Shown here: one piece after another, positions 37,145-45,868 of the stretch
Numbering within the stretch: the first letter of the stretch is position 1
Layout: every line of letters begins with the position of its first letter
Sequence record: OP142323.1
Direction: 5' to 3' (one strand)
Source: Staphylococcus phage Lacachita
DNA length: 46,473 nt
Program-made: the position numbers and the translations under genes
Notes under the pieces: generated by a model
Told to the model about the DNA's origin: nothing
Database searches by the model: none
Seen by the model: the letters and a program-made list of their open reading frames with translations, nothing else

Positions 37145-38214
37145 CACGTTTGACATGGAAACAAAAGCACATTGACTTTGTTAATTCTATATACAAGCAA
37201 AACAAAGCAAAAGATGTGACGAAAATGTTTAACGATAAATTTGGAACTGATTTAAGTGTTAGTGCAGTAAGTAAGAAAATAAGGTATCTAAAAGGGTTAA
37301 ACGGAAGTTATAAAAACGAAAGTGAAAGGAATGTGAACAATAAACCTATAGGAACGATAAGAAAGGGTTTGAATGGATATTTAGAAATAAAAATAAAAAA
37401 CATAAAATATAACGGCGATAAAAATTGGAAAAAGTATCATGAATATATTTGGGAAAAAGAGAATGGTAAAACGATACCTGAAAAATATAAGGTAATTTTT
37501 CTTAATGATAACAAGAGAGATTGTCGTATAGAAAACCTTCGTTTAACAACTCGTCATGTCTATAGAGTTATGATTAGTAAGAAACTATTTTCTAATGATC
37601 CTAAAGAAACGATTAAAGGTATAAAAGAAGCTGAAACATTTATAAAATCTAAAAAGCCTAAGAGAACATCGTTTAATTGGGAAAAGAAACACATTGACTT
37701 TTTAAAAAAACATGCAAAAGGTAGTAACACAAAAGAGATAACAAAAAAGTTCAACGATCATTTCAACACTAATAACAGTGATATGTCAGTACGTACACAA
37801 GTGTATAATCATAATTTAAAATTCGATAACCACCCCGGAAGATTTAAAAAAGGGAATATACCACCGGGAGAATATAAAATAGGAGACAAAGCTATAGACG
37901 GAGACGGTGGTGTGATAATAAAAATAGCAAATGATCATCATAATTATAAAAGGAATTGGAAGAAGTACCATATTTATTTATGGGAAAAGTATAAAGGAAC
38001 CGTACCTGAAGAACACTTAGTCATATTTTTAAATAATGATAACAGAGACTTTAGAATAGAAAATTTAGAACTTGTCCCTAGAAGTATTTATCAAATGATG
38101 ATATTAAACGACTTAGTATATGACGATCCAGAACTTACGAAAACAGGTATTAATATAGCTAAGTTATTAAAAAAACAAACTAAAAATTCAGTGAAAGAGA
38201 TGAAAAAAAGATAA
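37141..38214 (+). CDS. tandemly duplicated HNH_3-like (possibly degenerate) DNA-binding/endonuclease protein
   Basis: Two about-170-aa repeats. Each has 'W..KHIDF...TK.FND.F' and 'KYH.Y.WEK..G..PE...VIFLN..NRD.RIENL'. The His of the canonical 'DHIDGN' motif is replaced (FLNDN). Confidence 0.5.
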   Translation: MTRLTWKQKHIDFVNSIYKQNKAKDVTKMFNDKFGTDLSVSAVSKKIRYLKGLNGSYKNESERNVNNKPIGTIRKGLNGYLEIKIKNIKYNGDKNWKKYHEYIWEKENGKTIPEKYKVIFLNDNKRDCRIENLRLTTRHVYRVMISKKLFSNDPKETIKGIKEAETFIKSKKPKRTSFNWEKKHIDFLKKHAKGSNTKEITKKFNDHFNTNNSDMSVRTQVYNHNLKFDNHPGRFKKGNIPPGEYKIGDKAIDGDGGVIIKIANDHHNYKRNWKKYHIYLWEKYKGTVPEEHLVIFLNNDNRDFRIENLELVPRSIYQMMILNDLVYDDPELTKTGINIAKLLKKQTKNSVKEMKKR

Positions 38215-38474
38215 TGGATTATATAGAACAAGCACTTGAAGAAATTGAAGAAAAAATAGGAAAAGAATTAGATCTAAAAAGTGAAACATATTTACTTCAA
38301 ACACCATCGGCTTATATATACGTTGGATTAGAAGAAGGCGATGACGGAGAAATGGAATTAAAAATACATGTTACTGGTGGCAACATCACTTATTTAGAAA
38401 CAGATAACGACATGTTCAAAGACTTATATGTAAATGTTGATGAGGGAGAGAAGGATAAAAATGGCGACAGATAA
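38214..38474 (+). CDS. hypothetical acidic protein
   Basis: 86 aa with an ATGG overlap. Confidence 0.3.
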   Translation: MDYIEQALEEIEEKIGKELDLKSETYLLQTPSAYIYVGLEEGDDGEMELKIHVTGGNITYLETDNDMFKDLYVNVDEGEKDKNGDR

Positions 38475-38640
38475 ACAAGTGGAATATGTTAAGGGCTTGC
38501 AAAAACAAACTTCACTTACTGATTATAGTCGTAAAGAAATAAAAGCTATGACACATGAAGAGGTAAGTGATTTAATAGATGAATTACGAGATGACATATT
38601 ATATAACGAGTTAATGAGTTATGGATTACCAAATCAATAA
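38461..38640 (+). CDS. hypothetical protein (59 aa)
   Basis: ATG 38461 follows GGAGAGAAGG. Confidence 0.3.
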   Translation: MATDKQVEYVKGLQKQTSLTDYSRKEIKAMTHEEVSDLIDELRDDILYNELMSYGLPNQ

Positions 38641-38658
38641 ATAAGGAGTGTATAAGAA

Positions 38659-39081
38659 ATGGTAAAGATAAAGAAAAAAACATATAAAGACTTACGCAAT
38701 CTTATTAATTGGGGGATTAAAAATGATGTACGAAGCAAGAAGTATTACAGTTGCCACCATTCTAACAAAGAACATATTTTGCAATTTGATGAACTAGGAA
38801 AAATAAGTTTACAAGGCAATGTATCAACGTTAGAAGCGTTTGAAGTTGAAGTAGAAGTAGAAATCACAGAGGATACAGTAATTCCTAGACTTTTAGAAGT
38901 TAGAAATGCAATACCTTCAAAAAGTACAGAGTGGCAAGATTTAAAATTATTCAAATCTTATTTATATGCTAATCATTCTATTTCGGAATTTAAAGATAAA
39001 AATAGTGCCGCTATTTACATCTTAAATGATGATATGACAATGACTTTAATTTGGAAGGACGGGGAGATCATTGGAGATTAA
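38659..39081 (+). CDS. hypothetical protein, paralogue family A (copy 1)
   Basis: 140 aa. Its C-terminus 'MTLIWKDGEIIGD' is shared with the ORF at 40025. Confidence 0.4.
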   Translation: MVKIKKKTYKDLRNLINWGIKNDVRSKKYYSCHHSNKEHILQFDELGKISLQGNVSTLEAFEVEVEVEITEDTVIPRLLEVRNAIPSKSTEWQDLKLFKSYLYANHSISEFKDKNSAAIYILNDDMTMTLIWKDGEIIGD

Positions 39082-39322
39082 AGATTACAAAGATATTTGG
39101 TTCAAGTTGAAAGAAAAGAAATTACAAGAATATGCGGGATTTCATCGTTTATTAAATCAAACTATAAAGCCTGATAGTCAATATCATTTATTTCAGATAG
39201 CCAACGCAATGGTAGGTAAAAACGAGGTATATCAAGTATTAGAACAAATGGATCTATTAGACGGGACGCAAGAGTTTCAAAAACTATTAAATGATTTGGA
39301 GCGTGAGGATAATGAAAATTAA
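39071..39322 (+). CDS. hypothetical protein
   Basis: 83 aa, overlaps its neighbours. Confidence 0.3.
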   Translation: MEIKDYKDIWFKLKEKKLQEYAGFHRLLNQTIKPDSQYHLFQIANAMVGKNEVYQVLEQMDLLDGTQEFQKLLNDLEREDNEN

Positions 39323-39575
39323 TATTGAAAATGATATTACAGCAGAACTTTTGTTACAAGGAATAAAATTTCATAAAGAAACAAGAAAAGACGGGAAAGC
39401 ATGTGACAGAATTAAAGAAATAGAAATATTACTCGTAAATATAATAGGGTATTTAGGATACCTTAAAAACGAAACAATGACAGATCCTAGAAATTTAAGC
39501 GGCAAAGAAATCAGAGGAAATATAGACAATTTAATCGAAAGAATTAAAGAGGAAATATACGAAATTGAAGAATAA
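39312..39575 (+). CDS. hypothetical protein, paralogue family B (copy 1)
   Basis: 87 aa from ATG 39312. 'ETMTDPRNLSGKEIRGNIDNLIERIKEEIYE' is shared with the ORF at 40927. Confidence 0.4.
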   Translation: MKINIENDITAELLLQGIKFHKETRKDGKACDRIKEIEILLVNIIGYLGYLKNETMTDPRNLSGKEIRGNIDNLIERIKEEIYEIEE

Positions 39576-39602
39576 TAGGAATTTAAGTAAGGAGTGCTTA
39601 GA

Positions 39603-39995
39603 ATGGATAATATGAAAATTAGAGCGTGGGATAAGAAAGAGAAAAGAATGTGCAGTGTTGTAGCTATATGGTTTAGTCTTGGCAGTATTATTTTAGAGAG
39701 TGGTATATTTGTTTACGAAAGAAAACTTGATGAAGTCGAATTAATGCAATCAACAGGCATTGCAAGTTTGTATGATGATGACATTACTGAAATTTATGAA
39801 GGAGACATTGTAGAGCTTAAATACCCGTATGACAAACGTTTTAAAACTAAAGGCATTATTGTATGGAATAGTTATAAAGCGTGTTTTGGTATAAGCATGA
39901 AAGAAACTACTGAACAATATGAATTATATAGAATAACAGCAGAAAATTATTTGAAAGTAATAGGAAACAAATTTCAAGACTTGGAAATGTTGTAA
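39603..39995 (+). CDS. YopX-family protein
   Basis: The N-terminus 'MKIRAWDKKEKRM' is typical of YopX. RBS AAGGAGTG. Confidence 0.55.
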   Translation: MDNMKIRAWDKKEKRMCSVVAIWFSLGSIILESGIFVYERKLDEVELMQSTGIASLYDDDITEIYEGDIVELKYPYDKRFKTKGIIVWNSYKACFGISMKETTEQYELYRITAENYLKVIGNKFQDLEML

Positions 39996-40024
39996 GATAA
40001 ATAAAATTAAGGAGTGTATGAACA

Positions 40025-40435
40025 ATGGTAAAACTTAAAACAAAAGTTACGCTTAAACCTAGAGATTTTATAAAGTATCTATTAGATTTTGAAGAAGTAG
40101 ATTTCACTTTAATGGTTAAAACAGAAGGTGGATATAACAATACATTTGAACCAAAGTTGAAAGTGAAAAACTATATCACTTACAACGAAAAAGATGAAAC
40201 GTTTACAGTCGGAGTTCAAGAGGATATTACAGAAGAAACAGTATTACCTAAAACATTATGTATTGTTTTTTATGGTAACAGCGGCGATGAATATTATATA
40301 AAACGAGAAAATTGTTCGATAAAAGAAATCATTGATAAAAATAGCAGCGACTCAATAATTACTAAGGGTATATATTTAGTTAACGAAGATATAACACACA
40401 CATTGATTTGGAAAGACGGAGACCTAGTAGATTAA
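40025..40435 (+). CDS. hypothetical protein, paralogue family A (copy 2)
   Basis: 136 aa. Shares 'ITEETVLPKTL' and 'HTLIWKDGDLVD' with the ORF at 38659. Confidence 0.4.
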   Translation: MVKLKTKVTLKPRDFIKYLLDFEEVDFTLMVKTEGGYNNTFEPKLKVKNYITYNEKDETFTVGVQEDITEETVLPKTLCIVFYGNSGDEYYIKRENCSIKEIIDKNSSDSIITKGIYLVNEDITHTLIWKDGDLVD

Positions 40436-40461
40436 AAATAAAAAAGGAAGAGTGGTAAATA

Positions 40462-40740
40462 ATGGCAGAAGATCCAAATTTTGTTGTACATGGCTCACAA
40501 GTCCAAAAATGGACTGATGATATTCAACAATTAAAGAAAGAACGTGACGCTTACAAGAAGCAACGTGATGAACTCATCAATGATATGGCAGAAACGAAAA
40601 GGAAGGCAAAGGCGTTTGATGAGATAGATGATTTAATCGTTAACGGGACATTAAAAGATAGAGAGCCAAATGCAATATTTCAAAACATCTGTCATGTAAT
40701 TATAAATTTAAATGAGCGTTGCAGAGATGTGGAAATTTAA
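40462..40740 (+). CDS. hypothetical coiled-coil protein
   Basis: 92 aa. Confidence 0.3.
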   Translation: MAEDPNFVVHGSQVQKWTDDIQQLKKERDAYKKQRDELINDMAETKRKAKAFDEIDDLIVNGTLKDREPNAIFQNICHVIINLNERCRDVEI

Positions 40741-40906
40741 AGAGTTCAAAGACTATGATGTAGGAACGAACATGAGTGCAATAGATCAATTAGAAATACA
40801 TTGTGAAAAGTATAAAAACACTGAGGTTGTCGGATATACTGTTAACCATTTTGAAAACTTAAACAATAAAGAGAGAACTTATATATTAGTTAAATATCTA
40901 GTTTAA
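40727..40906 (+). CDS. hypothetical protein (59 aa)
   Basis: Internal ATG 40727 overlaps the upstream stop. Confidence 0.25.
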   Translation: MWKFKEFKDYDVGTNMSAIDQLEIHCEKYKNTEVVGYTVNHFENLNNKERTYILVKYLV

Positions 40907-40926
40907 AAGTATAGGAGTGTAATGTT

Positions 40927-41196
40927 TTGAAATTAAATTTAAAGATAGAGATAAACGACGAAGATTTGTTAGAAGATGTTGGGTTTCATAGAGAAGTGAA
41001 TAAAGACGCTAAGGCAGCAAGTAAAATAGATAGTTTAAACGAAATGTTTGGCATGGTTTTAGTGAGATTAGTAAATTTGCGACATGAAACTATGGAAGAT
41101 CCTAACAATTGCAGTGGTAAAGATATAAGAAAAAGTATAGACGATTTCATAGATAATATAAAAGAAACAATAGAAGATTTTAAGGAGGAACAATAA
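40927..41196 (+). CDS. hypothetical protein, paralogue family B (copy 2)
   Basis: TTG start after TAGGAGTG. Shares 'ETMEDPNNCSGKDIRKSIDDFIDNIKETIEDF' with the ORF at 39312. Confidence 0.4.
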   Translation: MKLNLKIEINDEDLLEDVGFHREVNKDAKAASKIDSLNEMFGMVLVRLVNLRHETMEDPNNCSGKDIRKSIDDFIDNIKETIEDFKEEQ

Positions 41197-41514
41197 ATGA
41201 CAAATACATTAGATCAATTAGTAGAACAAGTACAACAATGGAGTATCGATAAAGATTTACACAAAGGTAATTCAGATAGACAGGCACTTAAATTCTATGA
41301 AGAAGCTGGAGAAGTGGCAGCTGCATTATCACGTGGAAACTTAGAAGCATTAAAAGACGGAATAGGAGATACGGTGGTTACATTAATCATATTAGCGCAA
41401 CAACATGATATGACCTTACAGGAGTGTTTACAATTTGCTTATGACGAAATCAAAGGAAGAAAAGGAAAGACAATCAATGGAACGTTCATCAAAGAGTCAG
41501 ACCTTAAAGAATAA
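41197..41514 (+). CDS. MazG-like nucleotide pyrophosphohydrolase
   Basis: 'ALKFYEEAGEVAAALSRGN...DGIGDTVVTLIILA' matches the MazG/HisE-like EExxE fold. Confidence 0.6.
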   Translation: MTNTLDQLVEQVQQWSIDKDLHKGNSDRQALKFYEEAGEVAAALSRGNLEALKDGIGDTVVTLIILAQQHDMTLQECLQFAYDEIKGRKGKTINGTFIKESDLKE

Positions 41515-41562
41515 AGACATAGTAGCAGAGATTAAAAGAATACTAGGTAAGGAGTGAATGGA

Positions 41563-41883
41563 ATGATAGTTTATTTACCGCATTACGATAACGGAGAAGA
41601 AACTTGTAACAATTCGCATGGCGTGAGTGATAAAGCATATACATCGTTAGAAGATGCTATCCAAGAGATAAAAGAAATGGGCTATGTTATTCAAGAAGAT
41701 AAAAGTGATGAGATTGAATACATGGGCTTTCCGGATATTGAAATAAACAGTGAAATTTTACCGTATGCTTTTTATAAAGTTCCTTTTGAAAGTTACAGAA
41801 AAACATCCACTTATTTTTTTGATGATAGAGAATTTGCGTTTATTAACAAAATAGAATTAGTGGAGGGAGAAACTGATGATTAA
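41563..41883 (+). CDS. hypothetical protein
   Basis: ATG 41563 follows AAGGAGTG. Confidence 0.3.
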   Translation: MIVYLPHYDNGEETCNNSHGVSDKAYTSLEDAIQEIKEMGYVIQEDKSDEIEYMGFPDIEINSEILPYAFYKVPFESYRKTSTYFFDDREFAFINKIELVEGETDD

Positions 41884-42034
41884 ACGCATATTAAAAATTT
41901 GGTTTACTATCGCTATGTATGAGTTAGGCAAATGGATTGGTAGAGAGTTGTATTACTACTTAACAGCTAATGATGATGTTGAAGCGCCAAACGACTTTAA
42001 CGAAGAAGATCACATACATTTAAACAATTTATAA
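41876..42034 (+). CDS. RinB-like small protein (52 aa)
   Basis: 'MIKRILKIWFTIAMYELGKW...TANDDVEAPNDF' resembles the staphylococcal-phage RinB family. It falls below the ORF-track length cutoff. Confidence 0.45.
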   Translation: MIKRILKIWFTIAMYELGKWIGRELYYYLTANDDVEAPNDFNEEDHIHLNNL

Positions 42035-42161
42035 TTAAGGAGTATTAATGATATGTGGATAATATTACCTATATTCTTTGGAAGTATACCAGTTATCGGT
42101 TTTATCATAGGAGTAAAGAGAGCGGATAAAATTAATCAAGTAGTTAAAGGAGAATATAAAA

Positions 42162-42365
42162 ATGTGGATAGCAATTAGTGTAGTATTAGGGATTATATCT
42201 TTAATATCTATATTTGAGAACATGAGTAAAAGCAACACAATAAAATCGCTAGCATACGAGAATGCTTATCTTTTTATATTAATGCACGAAAAAGAGGACA
42301 AAAGTATAAAAGATATTAACGATATGGCGAAAAGTGCTATTGAAAGACAGAGGTTTATAAAATGA
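42162..42365 (+). CDS. small membrane protein
   Basis: 67 aa with an N-terminal TM segment. A second small 'MWI..' membrane ORF lies at about 42053-42184. Confidence 0.3.
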   Translation: MWIAISVVLGIISLISIFENMSKSNTIKSLAYENAYLFILMHEKEDKSIKDINDMAKSAIERQRFIK

Positions 42366-42841
42366 TAAAATATGCAAATAGAGGCAAGTTTTTAGAAACT
42401 GTCATCAATAATACAAACAAGATTTATAAAATGAAAGGTGTGGCTATCATAGATAAGATAGCTACACCTATTAACTACAACAAAAAAGGTAAAAGCGCGT
42501 TTTATGAAGCGAAAAGCACTGTAGATTTTGTAGGGTGCTTAAATGAAGGACGTATGATAGCTTTTGATACTAAACAAACGAAACAAAAGTCGCTGCGATT
42601 TGCTAATATAGGACGACATCAAGAAGAATATTTAAGGAATATAAGCAAATTAGGTGGCATAGCCTTTTTTCTTGTATATTTTGAAGCAGTAAATAAATAC
42701 TACAGAATAAGCATAAACGATTATATGTATTTTAAAAATAATACAGGACGAAAAAGCATACCGATTAAGTTTTTCGAAGATAATATCACAGAGGTGCGAA
42801 GCAAAGAAGGTTATCCCGTACATTATTTAGACGGGTTGTGA
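42362..42841 (+). CDS. recU: RecU-type Holliday junction resolvase
   Basis: Aligns with B. subtilis RecU: 'GVAIIDKIATP', 'FDTKQTKQKSLRF', 'HQEEYLRNISKLGGIAFFLVYF' and 'GRKSIP'. Confidence 0.7.
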   Translation: MIKYANRGKFLETVINNTNKIYKMKGVAIIDKIATPINYNKKGKSAFYEAKSTVDFVGCLNEGRMIAFDTKQTKQKSLRFANIGRHQEEYLRNISKLGGIAFFLVYFEAVNKYYRISINDYMYFKNNTGRKSIPIKFFEDNITEVRSKEGYPVHYLDGL

Positions 42842-43138
42842 TTGACTATGAAACCTATATGTATTATATTTATTATAGCAATTATATATTGCTAATGATT
42901 TAATCCTTTGTTTATCTTTTTCTTGTAATTTGTAATTTGATTTTCTCATTATCATTTCTGACTGCATGACTTACTTAGTACGCCGGCTATTTTAGTCGGT
43001 GTATTTTTTTGTCTGATTTTAATAATGAATAAAACATAACTCGTGTTTATCTCGTATATATTTTGTTATATTTTCGTGCATATCTTGTTCGTATTGTGTT
43101 ATAATAGAGTATAAGCAAAAACAGAAAGTAGGGAAGGT

Positions 43139-43303
43139 ATGAAAGGAGCGTACGATGTACACGAAGTCGCAGAATTTTTAGAAATAAGCGTTCAGTCAGT
43201 GAGGAAATACATCAAAGAAGGAAAGCTCAAAGCTGTATTGATCGCAAACAAACATGTTATATCAGAACGTAATTATCAGAAGTTTATTGACGGAGATTGG
43301 TAG
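43139..43303 (+). CDS. small HTH DNA-binding protein (55 aa), first gene of the putative late operon
   Basis: 'VHEVAEFLEISVQSVRKYIKEGKL' is an HTH. RBS GGGAAGG. Preceded by an extended -10 TGTTATAAT at 43097-43105. Confidence 0.45.
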   Translation: MKGAYDVHEVAEFLEISVQSVRKYIKEGKLKAVLIANKHVISERNYQKFIDGDW

Positions 43304-43311
43304 GTGTAAAA

Positions 43312-43689
43312 GTGAGAAGCATAGAAGATAGCCTATATTATTTCAAAGCTAAATGCTATGAAGTAATAGACGGAGATACAGCAGGCTTTATGATTGATGT
43401 TGGATTTGATACATACAGAGATAAACGTGTGAGATTTCTGTATGTAGACACACCGGAAAAAAGGCAACCTAATCATAAAGAAGCTACTGACTTTGTTAAA
43501 GAACGAATACTAAATAAACAAGTTATCATAAGAACTTATAAGGCTGATAACTTTGGGCGTTATTTAGGCGAGGTATGGTATTACGATGAAGAACGTAATA
43601 AATACATATTGCTAAGTAATGATATTATAGATAACGGATTAGAGAAGCCAAATAGCAAATGGAATAACTACATAGATTTGGGGGATTAA
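43312..43689 (+). CDS. SNase-like (thermonuclease family) nuclease
   Basis: 'VIDGDTAGFMI...RVRFLYVDTPEKRQ...YKADNFGRYLGEV' carries the Ca-site and catalytic Arg/Glu pattern of staphylococcal nuclease. Probable GTG start. Confidence 0.6.
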   Translation: MRSIEDSLYYFKAKCYEVIDGDTAGFMIDVGFDTYRDKRVRFLYVDTPEKRQPNHKEATDFVKERILNKQVIIRTYKADNFGRYLGEVWYYDEERNKYILLSNDIIDNGLEKPNSKWNNYIDLGD

Positions 43690-43908
43690 ATGTTTAATGT
43701 TACGAGATCGATGATAGATAAAGCCATAGAAATTGTATCTAAAGAAACAAACAACGATTATTTAAAAGGGGACGAGTGCTATTTAATGCCTATATACTAT
43801 GTAGGCACTATGAATGTTAAAAATTATTTATTTGAGTACAAAACATATCAAAACCCTGATGAAATACAAGAGAGATATTTTAGTGTTGAAGAACTTACGG
43901 AGGATTAA
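43690..43908 (+). CDS. hypothetical protein
   Basis: 72 aa with an ATGA overlap. Confidence 0.3.
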   Translation: MFNVTRSMIDKAIEIVSKETNNDYLKGDECYLMPIYYVGTMNVKNYLFEYKTYQNPDEIQERYFSVEELTED

Positions 43909-43910
43909 AA

Positions 43911-44195
43911 ATGTGGATTAATGTTATGAATTGGTTTGATAAGATCATGAGTGGAGATATTGAGAAGCAACCTAGATATTCTATATACTCACTTAGTTCA
44001 AAGTGTATATTCATAAAGGCAGATTATCCGGGATATTTAGAACGGGAATTAATGCAGTATTTGCACCAACCATGTTTCGATGGTTGGTTGTATGAGATAG
44101 ATATTGTTAAAGGTAACAAAAAGAAACACATAAGTTTGAGCAATAGAAAAGAAGTCAAAGAAGTGGCGTTTATACCTAACGCATATTTTAAATAA
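43911..44195 (+). CDS. hypothetical protein
   Basis: 94 aa. Confidence 0.3.
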   Translation: MWINVMNWFDKIMSGDIEKQPRYSIYSLSSKCIFIKADYPGYLERELMQYLHQPCFDGWLYEIDIVKGNKKKHISLSNRKEVKEVAFIPNAYFK

Positions 44196-44211
44196 TAGGA
44201 GTAAAGCAAGT

Positions 44212-45711
44212 ATGGAAATTATAAACAAAAGTATATATGACATTATAGATTATGATGACAACCCTAGATACAACGACGAGGCAGTAGATTATGTAAAAGA
44301 AAGCATTAAAGAATTTGGTTTCAAAGTACCGATTATTATTGATGAAAATGATGTAATTATAGCAGGACATACAAGAAAGAAAGCAGCACTCGAGATAGGT
44401 ATTAAAGAGGTGCCAGTTATTGTTGCCGATGATCTTACACCGCAACAAGTTGACGCATTTAGATTGGCCGACAATAAAGTCGCTGAATTTAGTGAGTGGG
44501 ATGAAGATTTATTGATGAGTGAACTCAATAAACTAGATGATTTAGACATGAGTGCATTCGGATTTGAAGATATGGAGTTAGACTTAGAAGATACTGAAAT
44601 AGAAGAAGAAGAGATTGAAGAAGATGAAGTGGTAGAAATACCGGAAGAACCTAAGTCTAAATTCGGACAAATATATCAACTCGGCAATCATAGGCTCATG
44701 TGTGGCGACAGTACAAGTGATGAAGATGTTAGCAAGCTGATGAACGGACAACAGGCGTCGTTAGTGTTTACTGATCCACCTTATGGAGCTAAGAAACAAA
44801 AAGACGGTGTACTCAATGACAATCTTAACTATGATAGCTTGTTAGAATTTAATAAGTTATGGATACCACTATCATTTAAATATTTAAAAGAGAATGGCAG
44901 TTGGTATTGTTGGGGATTAGATCAACCACTTATGGATATTTACACAGAGATATTAAAGCCTAAGATTAAGAATAACGAGATTGTATTCAAAAACCTAATC
45001 ACATGGGATAAAGGATCAGGACAGGGGCAAAATTCTGATGCCCTAACTAAATATGCAACAGCAGATGAGAAGTGCTTATTTGTCGCTGGAGATGTAGACA
45101 GCATGCCTAACAATTTCTATGAAGGGTATCGACCTATATTGAACGCATTAAAAGAACAAGCCGAAAAAGTAGGATTAGGATCTAAGAAGTACAAAGAAAT
45201 CATAGGAACACAGATGTATAGTCATTACTTCTCAGACTCTCAATTCTCACTAATACCACGAGAAGTATTTGCTAAGTTAAAGAAATACTACGGAGAAGCG
45301 TGGGAATTAACATGGGAAGAATTAAGCCGTATGATAAACAAAGCTACACCCGGCCATAATGATTATGTAGAAGAGTACAGAATGAAGAGGTCATATTTCA
45401 ATAACACACATGATAATATGAATAACGTATGGCACATTAACAGAATAGTATCAGGCACAGAAGAGTATAGAGACAAAGGCCAACACGTTACACCTAAACC
45501 CCTAGCCCTATGTAGTCGAGGTATTAAATCAAGTTCTAAAGAAAAAGAAATAGTCCTCGATTTATTCGGAGGCAGTGGTAGTGTGCTTATAGCTAGTGAG
45601 TTAAACAATAGATCATGCTATACAATGGAATACCAGCCGCAATATATTGATGCAATTATAGAAAGATGGGAAAGACGTACAGGCAGAAAGGCGGAGCTAC
45701 TTAATGGATAA
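44212..45711 (+). CDS. ParB-like nuclease domain fused to beta-class N6-adenine/N4-cytosine DNA methyltransferase
   Basis: N-terminal ParBc region 'VPIIIDENDVIIAGHTRKKAAL'. Motif IV 'FTDPPYGA' precedes motif I 'VLDLFGGSGS'. Confidence 0.8.
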   Translation: MEIINKSIYDIIDYDDNPRYNDEAVDYVKESIKEFGFKVPIIIDENDVIIAGHTRKKAALEIGIKEVPVIVADDLTPQQVDAFRLADNKVAEFSEWDEDLLMSELNKLDDLDMSAFGFEDMELDLEDTEIEEEEIEEDEVVEIPEEPKSKFGQIYQLGNHRLMCGDSTSDEDVSKLMNGQQASLVFTDPPYGAKKQKDGVLNDNLNYDSLLEFNKLWIPLSFKYLKENGSWYCWGLDQPLMDIYTEILKPKIKNNEIVFKNLITWDKGSGQGQNSDALTKYATADEKCLFVAGDVDSMPNNFYEGYRPILNALKEQAEKVGLGSKKYKEIIGTQMYSHYFSDSQFSLIPREVFAKLKKYYGEAWELTWEELSRMINKATPGHNDYVEEYRMKRSYFNNTHDNMNNVWHINRIVSGTEEYRDKGQHVTPKPLALCSRGIKSSSKEKEIVLDLFGGSGSVLIASELNNRSCYTMEYQPQYIDAIIERWERRTGRKAELLNG

Positions 45712-45868
45712 GCAAGAAGTTTTAGATATACTCAAGAGATTAAGATCGCAGTGTATATTAACTAAGCAAGAGTACAGAACAATCAAAGGACAAACAAATA
45801 ATGGAGATGTAGAGGCAGCATTTAAAGGATTAAAACGATTGTTAAGACGTAAGGGGGTGCAAGTATGA
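45704..45868 (+). CDS. small basic protein (54 aa) coupled between methyltransferase and terS
   Basis: ATGGATAA overlaps the methyltransferase stop, and its own stop overlaps the terS ATG. It falls below the ORF-track length cutoff. Confidence 0.35.
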   Translation: MDKQEVLDILKRLRSQCILTKQEYRTIKGQTNNGDVEAAFKGLKRLLRRKGVQV

